A program made the translations under genes and the position numbers. Below the pieces are notes generated by a model. That model was not told the DNA's origin, did no database searches, and saw only the letters and a program-made list of their open reading frames with translations. A stretch of DNA of 64,000 bases from Eledone cirrhosa (lineage: Eukaryota): NCBI GenBank assembly GCA_964016885.1, contig OZ024753.1, forward strand, positions 9,796,001 to 9,860,000, written 5' to 3'. Positions 40,851 to 56,395 of the stretch are shown here, one piece after another (positions within the stretch are counted from its first letter, which is position 1; every line of letters starts with the position of its first letter).

Positions 40851-41620
40851 ATGTGTGTATGTGTTGCGCGTGTGTGTGTGTGTATTTATATCTTTTTATA
40901 TGTGTATGTGTATGTTCGTGTAAATGTATGTGTGTGTATGACAGTATAGGTATGTGTGTATGTATGTATGTGTAGATATCTCTATGTGCGCGTACATGTA
41001 TGTATGTGTATGTATATCTGTATGCGTATGTACATTATATTATATGTATTATATTTATTGTTTTTATTTTTTTATTTTTCTTAATTTATAGATACATTTA
41101 TATTAGGCTGTCTGGTCTGACAATCTAATACTGACCCCTCCCCCCCCCTCCCACCTAATTTCTGTATCTTGATCTTGAAATGTGTGTACCAGTGTTTTTA
41201 TGTGAGTGACTTAATTTCTATTTGCTTATGATTTTATATCCACATATATAAATGTGAGTGGGGGAGTGTGTGTGTTTGTGTGTTCGTGGTTATGTGTATA
41301 TTTATATATATACGCACATGTATGTGTGATTATACTGATATGTGTGAGTATGAAAAAAATATATTTATATGCTTGACTCTATAAGTATCATTGCGTATCT
41401 TATCAGCGCATTAAGCTTACAGAGATATTAACCTTGAAATTTTATATTTGCATCCATCTTTTTAGTATGCACATGCAAATTATACACACATTATTGTAAA
41501 ATATGTGTAAGATTTTTACATGTATATACACACACCAAACTGCTTTTTAACCCTTTGTGTTTTCATTGGTCAATTTTGAACTGATATTTTGAATTGTTGT
41601 TATTATCAATAAATATACTT

Positions 41621-41771
41621 CATTATTTCTGAAGACGGCGTATATATGAGTTAGGTATGTATATTTAATCTTGATAATTTGTATAATTTTGTATAATTTT
41701 GTACATAGATCTGTTAAATATGCATACCAATTATAACACATATATACCCTAGAAACGATCGTTAAATAGTG
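41621..41771 (+). ncRNA. Type I hammerhead ribozyme with ~115-nt extended stem II
   Basis: CATTATTT-CTGAAGA-[CGGCGTATATATG..GGTATGTATATTTAA....TTAAATATGCATACC..CATATATACCCTA]-GAAA-CGATCG-TT-AAATAGTG. 8-bp stem I and palindromic stem III; base of stem II imperfect. Confidence 0.7.
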
Positions 41772-41823
41772 AACTTTTTTTGTTTAATATAAGGAATTGT
41801 TTGTTCATTATTTGCTTAATATT

Positions 41824-45648
<3,825 letters not shown>

Positions 45649-46566
45649 CAGTGGCGGACTGGTCAGGTTACCAGGTTGCCCAGTGGCAAGTGGACCCCAT
45701 GGAGCCCACAGTAGCACTACAGGGTTCCACGATAGCATTGCACGGGTCCACTGTAGTATTTTAGGCGATAATGCTTTGATTTCAAAAAATATCTTTAAAA
45801 AATTGTCTGAAAAAGAATCTGTTAGAACACGAAAAGTGTGAAACACAGAATGTTCACTTTTCGTGTTCTAATAACATAACATATATGCCTAGCTTCTTTA
45901 AAAAATTTTCGGGGATAGCCGTGGTGGTGATCGTATGTCATTGGCTAATTTTCAACCAATCAGAGTACCTCTCTCTATATCTCTTCCACTGTTACTTACG
46001 CCTGTTTCTCTCTATCTGTTCCGTCTCTATTTATATCTCTTACTCTTTCGCTTTGCACTCCTCCCCTTCAATACCATCTCTCCCCCTCTCTATATATTTG
46101 TTACTCTATCGCTGCACGCTCCTCTCCTTCAATATATCAATTACACACGCTTTACACTCCTTTATCCCCAGCGCCCCTATATATACACCCCCTCTCCCGC
46201 ATCTATATTTTAATGTACCGTTGCACCGTGAATACATGTGTCTATATATATATATACATATATATTGTATATACACATTCATGTATGTGTATACACACTC
46301 ATGTATGTATATACACTGGTTTTATGTGTGTATTGTAAATTTGTACTGTTAAAACACGAAACTAACATTCGATTGACACTTTGATTACCTGTACAGGCAA
46401 TAGTTATTAGAATGCTGTTGAAGTGTGTATATATTTTTGGGGGACATCCTGTATATACACACATTATATATAATACAATAAACAGATAAATACACACATA
46501 TATATATGAGCTTATTTAATTATAAATATTGTGAATTTTTAACTCAGTTCAATTATATATATAAAT

Positions 46567-46617
46567 GGCTTCTACAGGACTAGAACTGTTTCATTCGAAA
46601 GAAATCATCATAATATT
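46567..46617 (-). ncRNA. Degenerate copy of the HHR at 54104
   Basis: Minus strand ATGATGA-TTTC-TTTC-GAAT-GAAA-CAG-TTCTAGTC-CTG-TA. C3 is lost and stem I is broken. Confidence 0.5.
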
Positions 46618-47013
46618 GAGAGGGGGGACTAGATAAAATATTTCAAATCAAATGTGTATAAGTTATAAGTTAAAATGTATAAATAGAGACGATAGTGGAG
46701 GTATATCTGTTTAGTGGAACAGTAGACGATAGAATTAAATACAGACGATAATCTCCCTTTAATGAAACAGCAGACGATAGAATTAAGGCAATTTAAATTT
46801 TAAGCATTTGCATTTTTGCCTTTCATCGTTACGGGGTCGATAAAATAAAGTACCAGTAATACACTGTCACTAGACGACTTTCAAATTGAATTGTTGGTTC
46901 CATTTCTTTAGTATTTTCAATTGTAGTTATCTACTTAAAAAGCGTTACACGGTTAGAGACATAATTCGTAAGTTATATCTTCCCTATTAAACCATTGCAT
47001 TATTTCGCCTACA

Positions 47014-47423
47014 GGGCGGTGAATTGGCAGTATCGGTAGAGGGTTGGACGCCATGCTTTCTAGCATAGTTACGTCCCTTTACAGTCTGAGTTCAAATCCC
47101 GCCGAGGTTAACTTTGCCTTTCATCCTTACGGGGTCGATAAAATAAAGTACCAGTAATGTACTGGGTAATTTGCTGGCCTTGTGCCTAAAGTAGAAACAA
47201 TTATTTCGCCTACAATAGAACAAAAATGAAATGTTCTTTAAAGAAACAGGAATATAACTTTATAAAAAAAAAAGTTGCATCCGCTTCTTTTATCATTGAT
47301 AATTTTTTCGTTTTAATATTAATTGTTTTTTGCAGTTGTTTATATTAAAAATCTTACTGTAATATTTACTTAAACGAAGGCAAACATCTAAACTTATAGA
47401 TTAATCTTGAGCGAAGGACTAGA

Positions 47424-47522
<99 letters not shown>

Positions 47523-48080
47523 GAAGAATGATAAAATTTCAAGCAAAGAGTTTAATTAGGTATATTTTGTAATATTATTAACTAATTATTATAATTAACG
47601 CGCATATTTTGCTATCCTCAAACACGTTTACACATGGCATGAAATATAACTAATCCGAGATGGCTAGGTTTCATCTTCTAACTGGATAAACGAAATCCAT
47701 TATGTCTTGACAACAACATGAGGTAACATTATGTTATTCACAGACACACTTTGTACACTGTTCCATATCAGAATGTATTTCCTTCGTCACATTCACAAAC
47801 AGTATTGAAAATATGTTCTTCGGCAAATAAAAATGTTTTGTTCATAATATTTCAACTAGCGATTGCTCTACTTCACGCACGACCACCATAAATTAATGAC
47901 CAGCTCAACACAAGTATTGGTAGAGCGTCAGACACCATGCTTTGCAGTATTGTTATGGTCCTTTGCATTCTAAGTTCAAATCCTGCCGAGGTTAACTTCG
48001 ACTTTCATACTTACTAATTCGATAAAATAAAGTACCAGTAATGGACTGCCGTAATGGATTTGTGCCGAAAAATAGAAACA
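47014..48080 (+). mobile_element. SINE family A copies (47014-47203; diverged copy 47915-48080)
   Basis: Family consensus; the first copy is flanked by TTATTTCGCCTACA direct repeats. Confidence 0.8.
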
Positions 48081-48632
48081 CTATTAATGTGCAATAAGAG
48101 CAAAATATAACGACATTGCTCAATTATTTTATCTAATGTTGTAATAACACAAGGAAATGTTGTTTGTGTATTTTTTTTTATATTTGCTCATAGGCTTTTA
48201 CAATTTCGCTCAGCCAACAACTATTAAAAAGTGAGTTGCTTAAGATAACAATTTAATCACAAATTGTTGCTATCTTTTAATACACTCCAACAAGTCATCA
48301 AATTATGTACAATAAAAACAAATCTTATTAATTTGCTCAGGGAATATAAAGAAAATGTATATACACTGATAATTGCAAATGTATGTAAATATTTTGTTTT
48401 TGTATTGTATATTTTATGTTTTCTATTATGTATAATATATTGATTTAATATTGATTGTTTTTTGTAGTTGTTTATATTAAAAGTCTGAAAATATTTTTAT
48501 ACATCTTACACTAATATTTATAAGATAATTTAGAATAACAATTACATAATCTAATTACATTACAACGATAATTTATTATTAATATATATCCTGTTTAACT
48601 AGAGTTATTACAAGCGTTGCCTTAAAAAAATA

Positions 48633-49597
48633 TTAAACTAGACATGAAAAATGCGCAAGCTCAAAAGTGCCACAGAATGTTATAATAAACCTTCAAAAGT
48701 GTGGGACTAGAGTTGTTGCTAAAAAATATTGTAATCATTATATATCGTACATTCTGTGGCATCCTTTATAAAAATAGCTTAAACCAACGAAGCCTTTATT
48801 TTTACGCTATTTCACTTAGTTAATTCTTAGAGTGTAACATATAAAAATAAATACATCTATGTTTAATGTAATAACAGCTATAAATAATTACGTAATATTA
48901 TTATCATATACTCATAGTAACAAAATAATTGTGTTGAAACTTAATATGATGCTTATATGAACGATCAAATCTATAATGATAATTTCTTAAATATACTAAT
49001 AGTAAAATAATTTAGTTATCTATTGTTACATTTTCATAGAACTATAATATTAACAATCGTATTGCATTATCAAATTTTTATCACTACAAACTTTCATATT
49101 GGAATTACCTTAAGCCACTTATTATTACTTCGCTTTCGTACTTTTACAGCTGTAGATATTGCGCTGTATCTTATATCTAATATCAATATCTCGTGGTAAT
49201 TTGCATGAAGTGTAAAATAGGTTTATTAATAACTTTAATATGAAATGTATTATACAGGGCTGCGGAGTCGGTCAAAAATTGACTGGCTCCAACTCAGGAT
49301 CCGATACTCCATTATTTCCTAAATTTCAGCTCCGCAGCTCTGTTATTATATTAATTAATTTATTTTATAGTTGTAAATCATATTTTTATATGTTACACTC
49401 TAAGAATTAACTAAGTGAAATAGCGTAAAAATAAAGGCTTCGTTGGTTTAAGCTATTTTTATAAAGGATGCCACAGAATGTACGATATATAATGATTACA
49501 ATATTTTTTAGCAACAACTCTAGTCCCACACTTTTGAAGGTTTATTATAACATTCTGTGGCACTTTTGAGCTTGCGCATTTTTCATGTCTAGTTTAA
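48633..49597. repeat. ~217-bp perfect inverted repeat (48633-48849 / 49381-49597) with ~530-bp spacer
   Basis: TTAAACTAGACATGAAAAATGCGC...GTGTAACATATAAAAATA and its reverse complement. Confidence 0.9.
49255..49342. mobile_element. Small hAT-like MITE
   Basis: CAGGGCTGCGGAG...CTCCGCAGCTCTG termini; near-TSD GTATTATA/TTATTATA. Confidence 0.6.
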
Positions 49598-49679
49598 AAT
49601 GTTTAAAATAAATAAACAAATACGTAAAGCATTTGGTCAAACAATTCCCTAGGGAATTAATAGAAACCAAAATATATTA

Positions 49680-50060
49680 TAGTGCTAACATTGCGCTTGC
49701 AATCAGAAGGATGTGAGTTCGATTCTCGAACCTGGTAATGCGTTGTAACCTTGAGCAAGACACCTTATTTCACGTTGCTCCAGTTTACTCAGCTGTAGAA
49801 ATGAGTTGCGATGTCACTGGTGCGAAGCTGTATCGGTCATTGCCTTTCCCTTGGACATCATCATATATAGTGTATATATAATGTATATATACTGTACATA
49901 GAGTATATATAATATATATATATATATAATATATATATATATAGTATGTTGTGACGTCACTGGTGCCAAGCTGTATCGGTCATTGCCTTTCCCTTGGACA
50001 TCATCATATATAGTGTATATATAATGTATATATACTGTACATAGAGTATATATAATATAT

Positions 50061-50119
<59 letters not shown>

Positions 50120-50260
50120 TGTTGTGACGTCACTGGTGCCAAGCTGTATCGGTCATTGCCTTTCCCTTGGACAAATCATATATAATGTATATATAATGTA
50201 TATATACTGTACATAGAGTATATATAATATATATATATATATAATATATATATATATAAT

Positions 50261-50327
<67 letters not shown>

Positions 50328-50530
50328 TGTTGTGACGTCACTGGTGCCAAGCTGTATCGGCCATTGCCTTTCCCTTGGACATCATTGGAAGTGTGAAGAG
50401 AGTGGGGGGCTGGTGTACATGGGCGACTGCTGGTCTTCCACAAAACGAACCTTGCCCGGACTTGTGACTCGAGGAGGGGGGAACTTTCTAGGTGCCAAAC
50501 CATGTTCATTCGTGACCGAGTGGGGCCTAA
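49680..50530 (+). mobile_element. tRNA-derived SINE family B with internal tandem amplification
   Basis: Box B GAGTTCGATTCTC, then CCTTGAGCAAGACAC..CAGTTTACTCAGCTGTAGAAATGAG (minus copy at 61620-61760). GTCACTGGTGCCAAGCTGTATCGG occurs 4 times, separated by TA tracts. Confidence 0.75.
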
Positions 50531-50683
50531 GTAGTTGTTGATATTGTTTTCGTCGTTGTGGTCCTTGTTGTTGTTGCGGTTGTAAACAACAGATAAATGT
50601 TGTTTTTACTGTTGTAAACAACAGATAGATCAATATACAACTCCATGGAAGTTTCAGATTTACTATCTTTGAATTTGATTTTT

Positions 50684-51389
50684 GGCACTACAACGCTATT
50701 AGCTGTCAGTCCAAGCAGCCGATGGAAACAGGCGAAGGTGACGTCACTCGTCAAACATCGTTTATTTCCGTATTACTACCACGCGTAACGCGTTTTTTTT
50801 TTTGGAGAGAGAGAGAGGAGGAGAGGGGGAGAGAGGGAAGACTTAAAAGGGCCAAATTAGAAAACAAATGGAAAAAACAAATAGAAAACAAGTCATGGTT
50901 ATAAAGCATATCGATGTAAGTGGAGTTACTTAAATGAAAATATAGATAGCACTTACAAGGGCCAAATTAGAAAACAAATTTAAGTTAATTAGAAAACAAG
51001 TCATGGTTATCAATGTAGAAAACAAGTCATTCATAAATTTAAGTTTTATAATCAAATTTGTTTTCTAATTTGGCCCTTTTAAGTGCCATCTATATTTTCA
51101 TTTAAGTAACTCCACTTACATCGATATGCTTTATAACCATGACTTGTTTTCTATTTGTTTTCTATTTGTTTTCTAATTTGGCCCTTTTAAGTCTTCCCCC
51201 TCTCTCTCTCTCTCTCTCTTCCCTCTCTCTCTCTCTTCCCCCTCTCTCCCCCTCTCTCTCTCAAAAAAACGCGTGAAAACTCTACATACGCGTGGTAGTA
51301 ATACGGAAATAAACGATGTTGACGAGTGACGTCACCTTCGCCTGTTTCCATCGGCTGCTTGGACTGACAGCTAATAGCGTTGTAGTGCC
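50684..51389. mobile_element. Long-TIR foldback DNA transposon derivative (GG..CC termini)
   Basis: GGCACTACAACGCTATTAGC.../...GCTAATAGCGTTGTAGTGCC with arms of ~300 bp. Flanks TGATTTTT / TGATTTAT match 7/8. Superfamily (Merlin or Mutator-like) uncertain. Confidence 0.8.
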
Positions 51390-51717
51390 TGATTTATGTT
51401 TTATATTTATGTTTTATATAATTATTTTCATGGTCGCTTTTGTCCTTGCAATGTTAAGATTTTAGATTTGGTAAGCCCTCGTTTACTAAGTATCTAAGAA
51501 GGCTTCACCTGAGTGAGATGGTTTAGAGAAATACAAACCAGAATAGAGATTATACTGTTCACACGCTCGGGGGGGGGGGGGATATTTATAAAAGCATTAT
51601 CATACAGTTGAAGGAATTCAACCAAAGAAGAAGAAAATGACAGTTAGACAGCCATATTTACAAATAAAACAGACATTGGTACCTACAGAGAGAGATAGGG
51701 AGAGAGAAGGAGCAATA

Positions 51718-51800
51718 TATTGGGTTGTCAAGTATGAAATTTGTAGAAATTTATAGGAAAAAAACAAATTTCTACAAATTTCATACTTGACAACCCAATA
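51718..51800. mobile_element. Mariner-type MITE with TA TSD
   Basis: TATTGGGTTGTCAAGTATGAAATTTGTAGAAATTT...AAATTTCTACAAATTTCATACTTGACAACCCAATA. Confidence 0.8.
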
Positions 51801-52314
51801 TTACTAATAGCCTCGCTACTGTGGCGAGCTGAATATACTTCGGCTTCTTAAAAAGAATAACATGAGAGATATACAATATATTTCGAAGGATAGTGCTTCA
51901 TTGCCCGACAAAATTCATTCAGGAACGAGCAAGAAGAACTATAAATATATTTTATATACTTTTATTTTGTTTTAAAAAATTATTCAGCATATTTAAGTTG
52001 AAAATCAAATTTCGTTTGATGTTAAAAGTTACAAAGCTAACTATTTACGAGTCTCATAAAAATATTCTCGTTCTAACGATTGTCAAATTACATTAGAATT
52101 TAAGTTTTAAAACTTATTTAAAATATTATAAAACAACTTACTTGGTTTTGTTTCAAAACATTCATTTCTTATCTGTTTATGTAATTACCTCAGCTAGCTA
52201 TATTGAGTTTTTGTTTTAATGCACAGACGAAGTCACGTGATGAACCTCAACCAATCAAATTGAATATAGTTAATATAGCAATTTGAGCCATGATCTCTAT
52301 ATATGAGATTTATA

Positions 52315-52504
52315 GAAGAAAGTATGACCCCGACGGCAGAGCTCAAGCCGTTTCGACGGCTATTTCTGGACTGAAATAGCCGTCGAAACAGCTTGAGCTC
52401 TGCCGTCGGGGTCATACTTTCTTCTATTACCCACTCTACTACCCTAAGTATTGAGTACTCTGGTGCGTTATGGTCCATCTGGTTCCTTACCACAACTCCT
52501 TCGT
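52315..52504 (+). mobile_element. Family P fold-back element with 15-bp TSD
   Basis: Palindrome 52312-52427 plus tail; TATATGAGATTTATA at 52300-52314 and 52505-52519. Confidence 0.85.
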
Positions 52505-52659
52505 TATATGAGATTTATATATATACATATATACAAATCCAGGGAGTGTAACGCGGAGTTACTGTAGGTTTACCCGGGTGAGCACTCGATGTTTAGGTTC
52601 ACGTATGTATCGAGGTATCGAGCTTCAAAAAGAAAAGTTAAACGGCCACCTGGAAGAAA

Positions 52660-52729
<70 letters not shown>

Positions 52730-52749
52730 TAGTTGTATAAAAAGAAATA

Positions 52750-52927
52750 TAATTCTTTCTACTTTAGGCACAAGGCCAGCAACTACCCAGTGCATTACTG
52801 GTACTTTATTTTATCGACCTCGTAAGGATGAAAGGCAAAGTCAACCTCGGCGGGATTTGAACTCAGATCGTAAAGGGACGTAACTATGCTGGAAAGCATG
52901 GCGCCCGACCCTCTACCGATACTGCCA
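52750..52927 (-). mobile_element. SINE family A
   Basis: Family consensus. Confidence 0.9.
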
Positions 52928-53240
52928 TATAATGATACAATAACATTACAAATCGTTTGCAATTCTTTCAGAATGAAAATATAAACAGAGCATATAAATA
53001 AATTTACGGTAGAATAACATAACAAATAAATTTCAAATATATACACAAACAACACCACAAATGATTAGACAACATTATAAATAGCTCGCTATTTATAATG
53101 TTGTCTAATGTTGTCTTCAATTAGAAAGATATATTCTTTTAATGTTGCAATATTAAAGAAAATGTAAAGGAAGGGATGAACAACGGAGCCAACACCAGAG
53201 CAAAATATAACAACGTCGCGAGGAGTACTGGGCAACCTCT

Positions 53241-53568
53241 CTAATGATTTCTGAGGCAAGCCAGCCGACTCGCAGCGTTGCTTCGGGTGATGCCGATGCT
53301 GATATGCTGAAACAGCCAAGCGCCCTCGCGAGATTCGCCAGTTACCTCTATTAGGCGAGCCGCCAGTGAAGAGAGGAACCTCGCAGTCAGCGGCCCGACT
53401 CCCCCAAATGTCTCGAAAACCACAGGCTGAAAAATGTAGCTGGCCGACAGATCAGAGTATTTGAGGGTCTTGCTCCGCTCGGCTGCGGAAGCTGGCTCTC
53501 GTCCTAACCGCAGGATCCAGGATGTGGTAAAGAGCAAAAGAGTCATTAACAGTGACGTCCCAGACAAG
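53241..53568 (-). pseudogene. CRE-like non-LTR retrotransposon, C-terminal restriction-like endonuclease fragment
   Basis: WDVTVNDSFA (frameshift) AAERSKTLKY..FQPVVFETFGGVG..LFQHISIGITRSNAAS. Confidence 0.75.
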
Positions 53569-53606
53569 ATATATAGATTTATGTATTTGTACAAATACAT
53601 GTATAT

Positions 53607-53652
<46 letters not shown>

Positions 53653-53762
53653 CATATATATATATATATATATATATATACGTTATTCCGGGTTGAATCG
53701 GAGGTAACCACAGTAAGTAAGGTACTCAATACATAGCAGAGTATAAAAGTTTTAATATAGAT

Positions 53763-54154
53763 GAGATTCTACAGGACTAGAACTGTTTCATTCATTAGAA
53801 ATGATCAGGAATCTGGGTATCAAAAAATAAATATGGTATTTATAGGTCTCTACAAGTGGTAGGAGAGGGTGGGGAGTGGGATGGGTGCAGGTCATTGGTT
53901 GATAGAAAAGGGAATTCATTAAAAGCTAATTTATTTATTTATGTTTTAAAAACATAAATAAATAAAAATAAACTATAGCTTTGTAGAATTAGCTTTTAAT
54001 GAATTCCCTTTTCTATCAACCAATGACCTGCACCCATCCCACTCCCCACCCTCTCCTACCACTTGTAGAGACCTATAAATACCATATTTATTTTTTGATA
54101 CCCAGATTCCTGATGATTTCTAATGAATGAAACAGTTCTAGTCCTGTAGAATCT

Positions 54155-54155
<1 letters not shown>
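53763..54155. repeat. ~168-bp inverted repeat (53763-53931 / 53987-54155) carrying an HHR in each arm
   Basis: Arms are reverse-complementary apart from about one site; bounded by (TA)n tracts. Confidence 0.9.
54104..54154 (+). ncRNA. Type I hammerhead ribozyme (U.U at base of stem II)
   Basis: AGATTC-CTGATGA-TTTC-TAAT-GAAT-GAAA-CAG-TTCTAGTC-CTG-TA-GAATCT. 6-bp stem I, 4-bp stem III, GUA triplet. The mirror copy at 53764-53814 (-) has CTGATCA. Confidence 0.75.
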
Positions 54156-54219
<64 letters not shown>

Positions 54220-54284
54220 GAAAAGTATAGAAATTATAAAGAAATTATAATGAGCAAGAAGCACACATTATTTCATAATATATA

Positions 54285-54450
54285 GGTGGTGGATTGGCAG
54301 TATCGGTAGAGGGTCGGGCGCCTTTATGATCTGAGTTCAAATCCCGCCGAGGTTAACTTTGCCTTTCATCCTTACGGGGTCGATAAAATATAGTACCAGA
54401 AATGCACTGAGATAATTGCTGGCCTGGTGCCAAAAGTAGAAACAATTATT
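54285..54450 (+). mobile_element. SINE family A (internal deletion)
   Basis: Family consensus; flanked by TTATTTCATAATATATA direct repeats. Confidence 0.85.
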
Positions 54451-55227
54451 TCATAATATATAAGTGACTATAGCGTCAAAATGGGAAAATCGTTAACGTA
54501 AGATGTGGGGAAAATAATTCAAACTCAATTCAAAAAGAATTAGGATATAGATTCATCCAACAGAATTTAGTGAAATTCAGGGGAAAATCAATAGAGCCTT
54601 AACTCATGATAAAATAAAATTTAAAATACTCATCCTTCATATATATAAAGAGAGAGAGAGAAAGAAAGAGAAGCTCTACTAATTTTAAAGCTGTTGAGCA
54701 ATCAAGAATGATAAGAAGAAATAATACTTGTTCTAACAGAAGCTACAATGTAGAACACCTTTAGATAGACAGTGATTCTCTTTAATTAACAACCAACGTG
54801 TGGCATATTACATTTTCTGCCATCCATGGCAGTAATTTGAAGAATTATCACCTGATTTCAAATTGCTTTTCCCACCGCCGATGTAAATTTTTCGTTGTCG
54901 TCTTTTATCATTTGAAATTGTGGAAATTTAGCCAATAGAAATTATTGGCTTCCAGTTACTGTTTGTTAATCGTTTCCTCTTGGTCATATCATGAATTGAC
55001 AGTCATTCTGTTCGGCATGGCGATATCATGCAGACTTATTCTTTTACTATTTAATTATTGAAGAAATGTCATTTACAATGCTTCTCTGACAGCCTATTTA
55101 TACAACACACTTACAAGTAGTTAATGTCAACTACTTTTAAAAATTACATGACACAGGCTAACTGCATATAATTGTCGAAATTACACTACATTACAATGAA
55201 CTCATTATTGTTGTTGTTATTTAAGAC

Positions 55228-55862
55228 GCTGGATTGGCAGAATCGTTAGAGCGTCAAACAGATGTTTCAGTGGTTTCAGTGTATTTATTTCGTCTGGTCC
55301 TTTACGTTCTGGGTTCAAATCTCGCCGAGGTTGACTTTGTGTTTTATCCTTCCGGGGTGGGGGGGGGTCAATAAAATAAAATGCCAGTCAAGTACTGGGA
55401 TAGATATAATCGATATCCCTCCCCCCCCCACCTCTCTCCCTAAATTGCTGGTCCTGTACCTAAATTAGAAACCCTCCCAGGGTCAATGAAATATAGTACC
55501 AGTCAAGTACTGGGGTAGATATAATCGATACACCCTCCCCACCTCCCTCCCTAAATTGTTGGTCTTGTGCCTAAATTAGAAACCATCCCAGAGTCAATGA
55601 AATATAGTACCAGTCAAGTACTGGGGTAGATATAATCGATACCCTCCCCCACCTCTCTCCCTAAATTGCTGGTCTTGTGCCTAAATTAGAAACCATCCCA
55701 GAGTCAATGAAATATAGTACCAGTCAAGTACTGGGGTAGATATAATCGATACACCCCCTCCCCCACCTCTCTCCCTAAATTGCTGGTCTTGTGCCTAAAT
55801 TAGAAACCATCCCAGAGTCAATGAAATATAGTACCAGTCAAGTACTGGGGTAGATATAATTG
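55228..55862 (+). mobile_element. SINE family A variant with its 3' part tandemly amplified 4-5 times (~113-116 bp)
   Basis: GTCAATGAAATATAGTACCAGTCAAGTACTGGGG..GTGCCTAAATTAGAAACC repeats. Confidence 0.85.
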
Positions 55863-56079
55863 ATTTTGAGCTTCCTTCAAATTTCCATAAATTAGAAATC
55901 ACTAATGTTGTTGTTACAGTTGTTGCTGTTACACAGCATTGATGCTTTGACCAGTATAAGTCCGCTTCATATAGGACCACAACCCATGGTCAAGGAAGAG
56001 AGGAATTCTTGCTTTTTCTCCTATTAAGATATTTCCATAATGTTCATAGCTGTCCACTTTCTCTCAAGGATGTCCCGGA

Positions 56080-56350
56080 TTCTTCTTCTTGTCGTGTCCA
56101 CAAGAGTGTCAGTTACAAAGCTTGGCTAGATGTGGTTCCGCCACAGCTAAACACATTGCTGTCCTTTCTCATTAAACTCTGCCAAGTCCAATGTTGTGCA
56201 GGGGTGTTCCAGCAGGGGGCATATCAAGAGGTGCTGCGTAGTCTGTGGTTTGATGCCAGAGTCACATACAACATACCCATCCTTTAAATATCCCCATTTT
56301 GCCAGATTGGCTTTTGCACAACCAACACCCTTACCACTAGGCCATGTGCT
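56080..56350 (-). mobile_element. Ingi/Vingi- or RTEX-like LINE 3' end
   Basis: GVGCAKANLAKWGY..CDSGIKPQTTQHLLICP zinc-knuckle-like motif; 3' end GGACACGAC(AAG)n. Confidence 0.65.
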
Positions 56351-56352
56351 TC

Positions 56353-56395
<43 letters not shown>

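Larger units (their letters stand above)
35300..41823. mobile_element. Penelope-like element: minus-strand body (35300-38635) plus an inverted plus-strand copy of its 3' region (38640-41823)
   Basis: 35300-36602 is the near-exact reverse complement of 38640-39940. The plus copy continues to an HHR at 41621 and ends at (TA)n. Confidence 0.8.

Noticed and set aside
47014-47110. tRNA genes
   Set aside because: The box A/B-like motifs belong to SINE heads; no cloverleaf can be formed.
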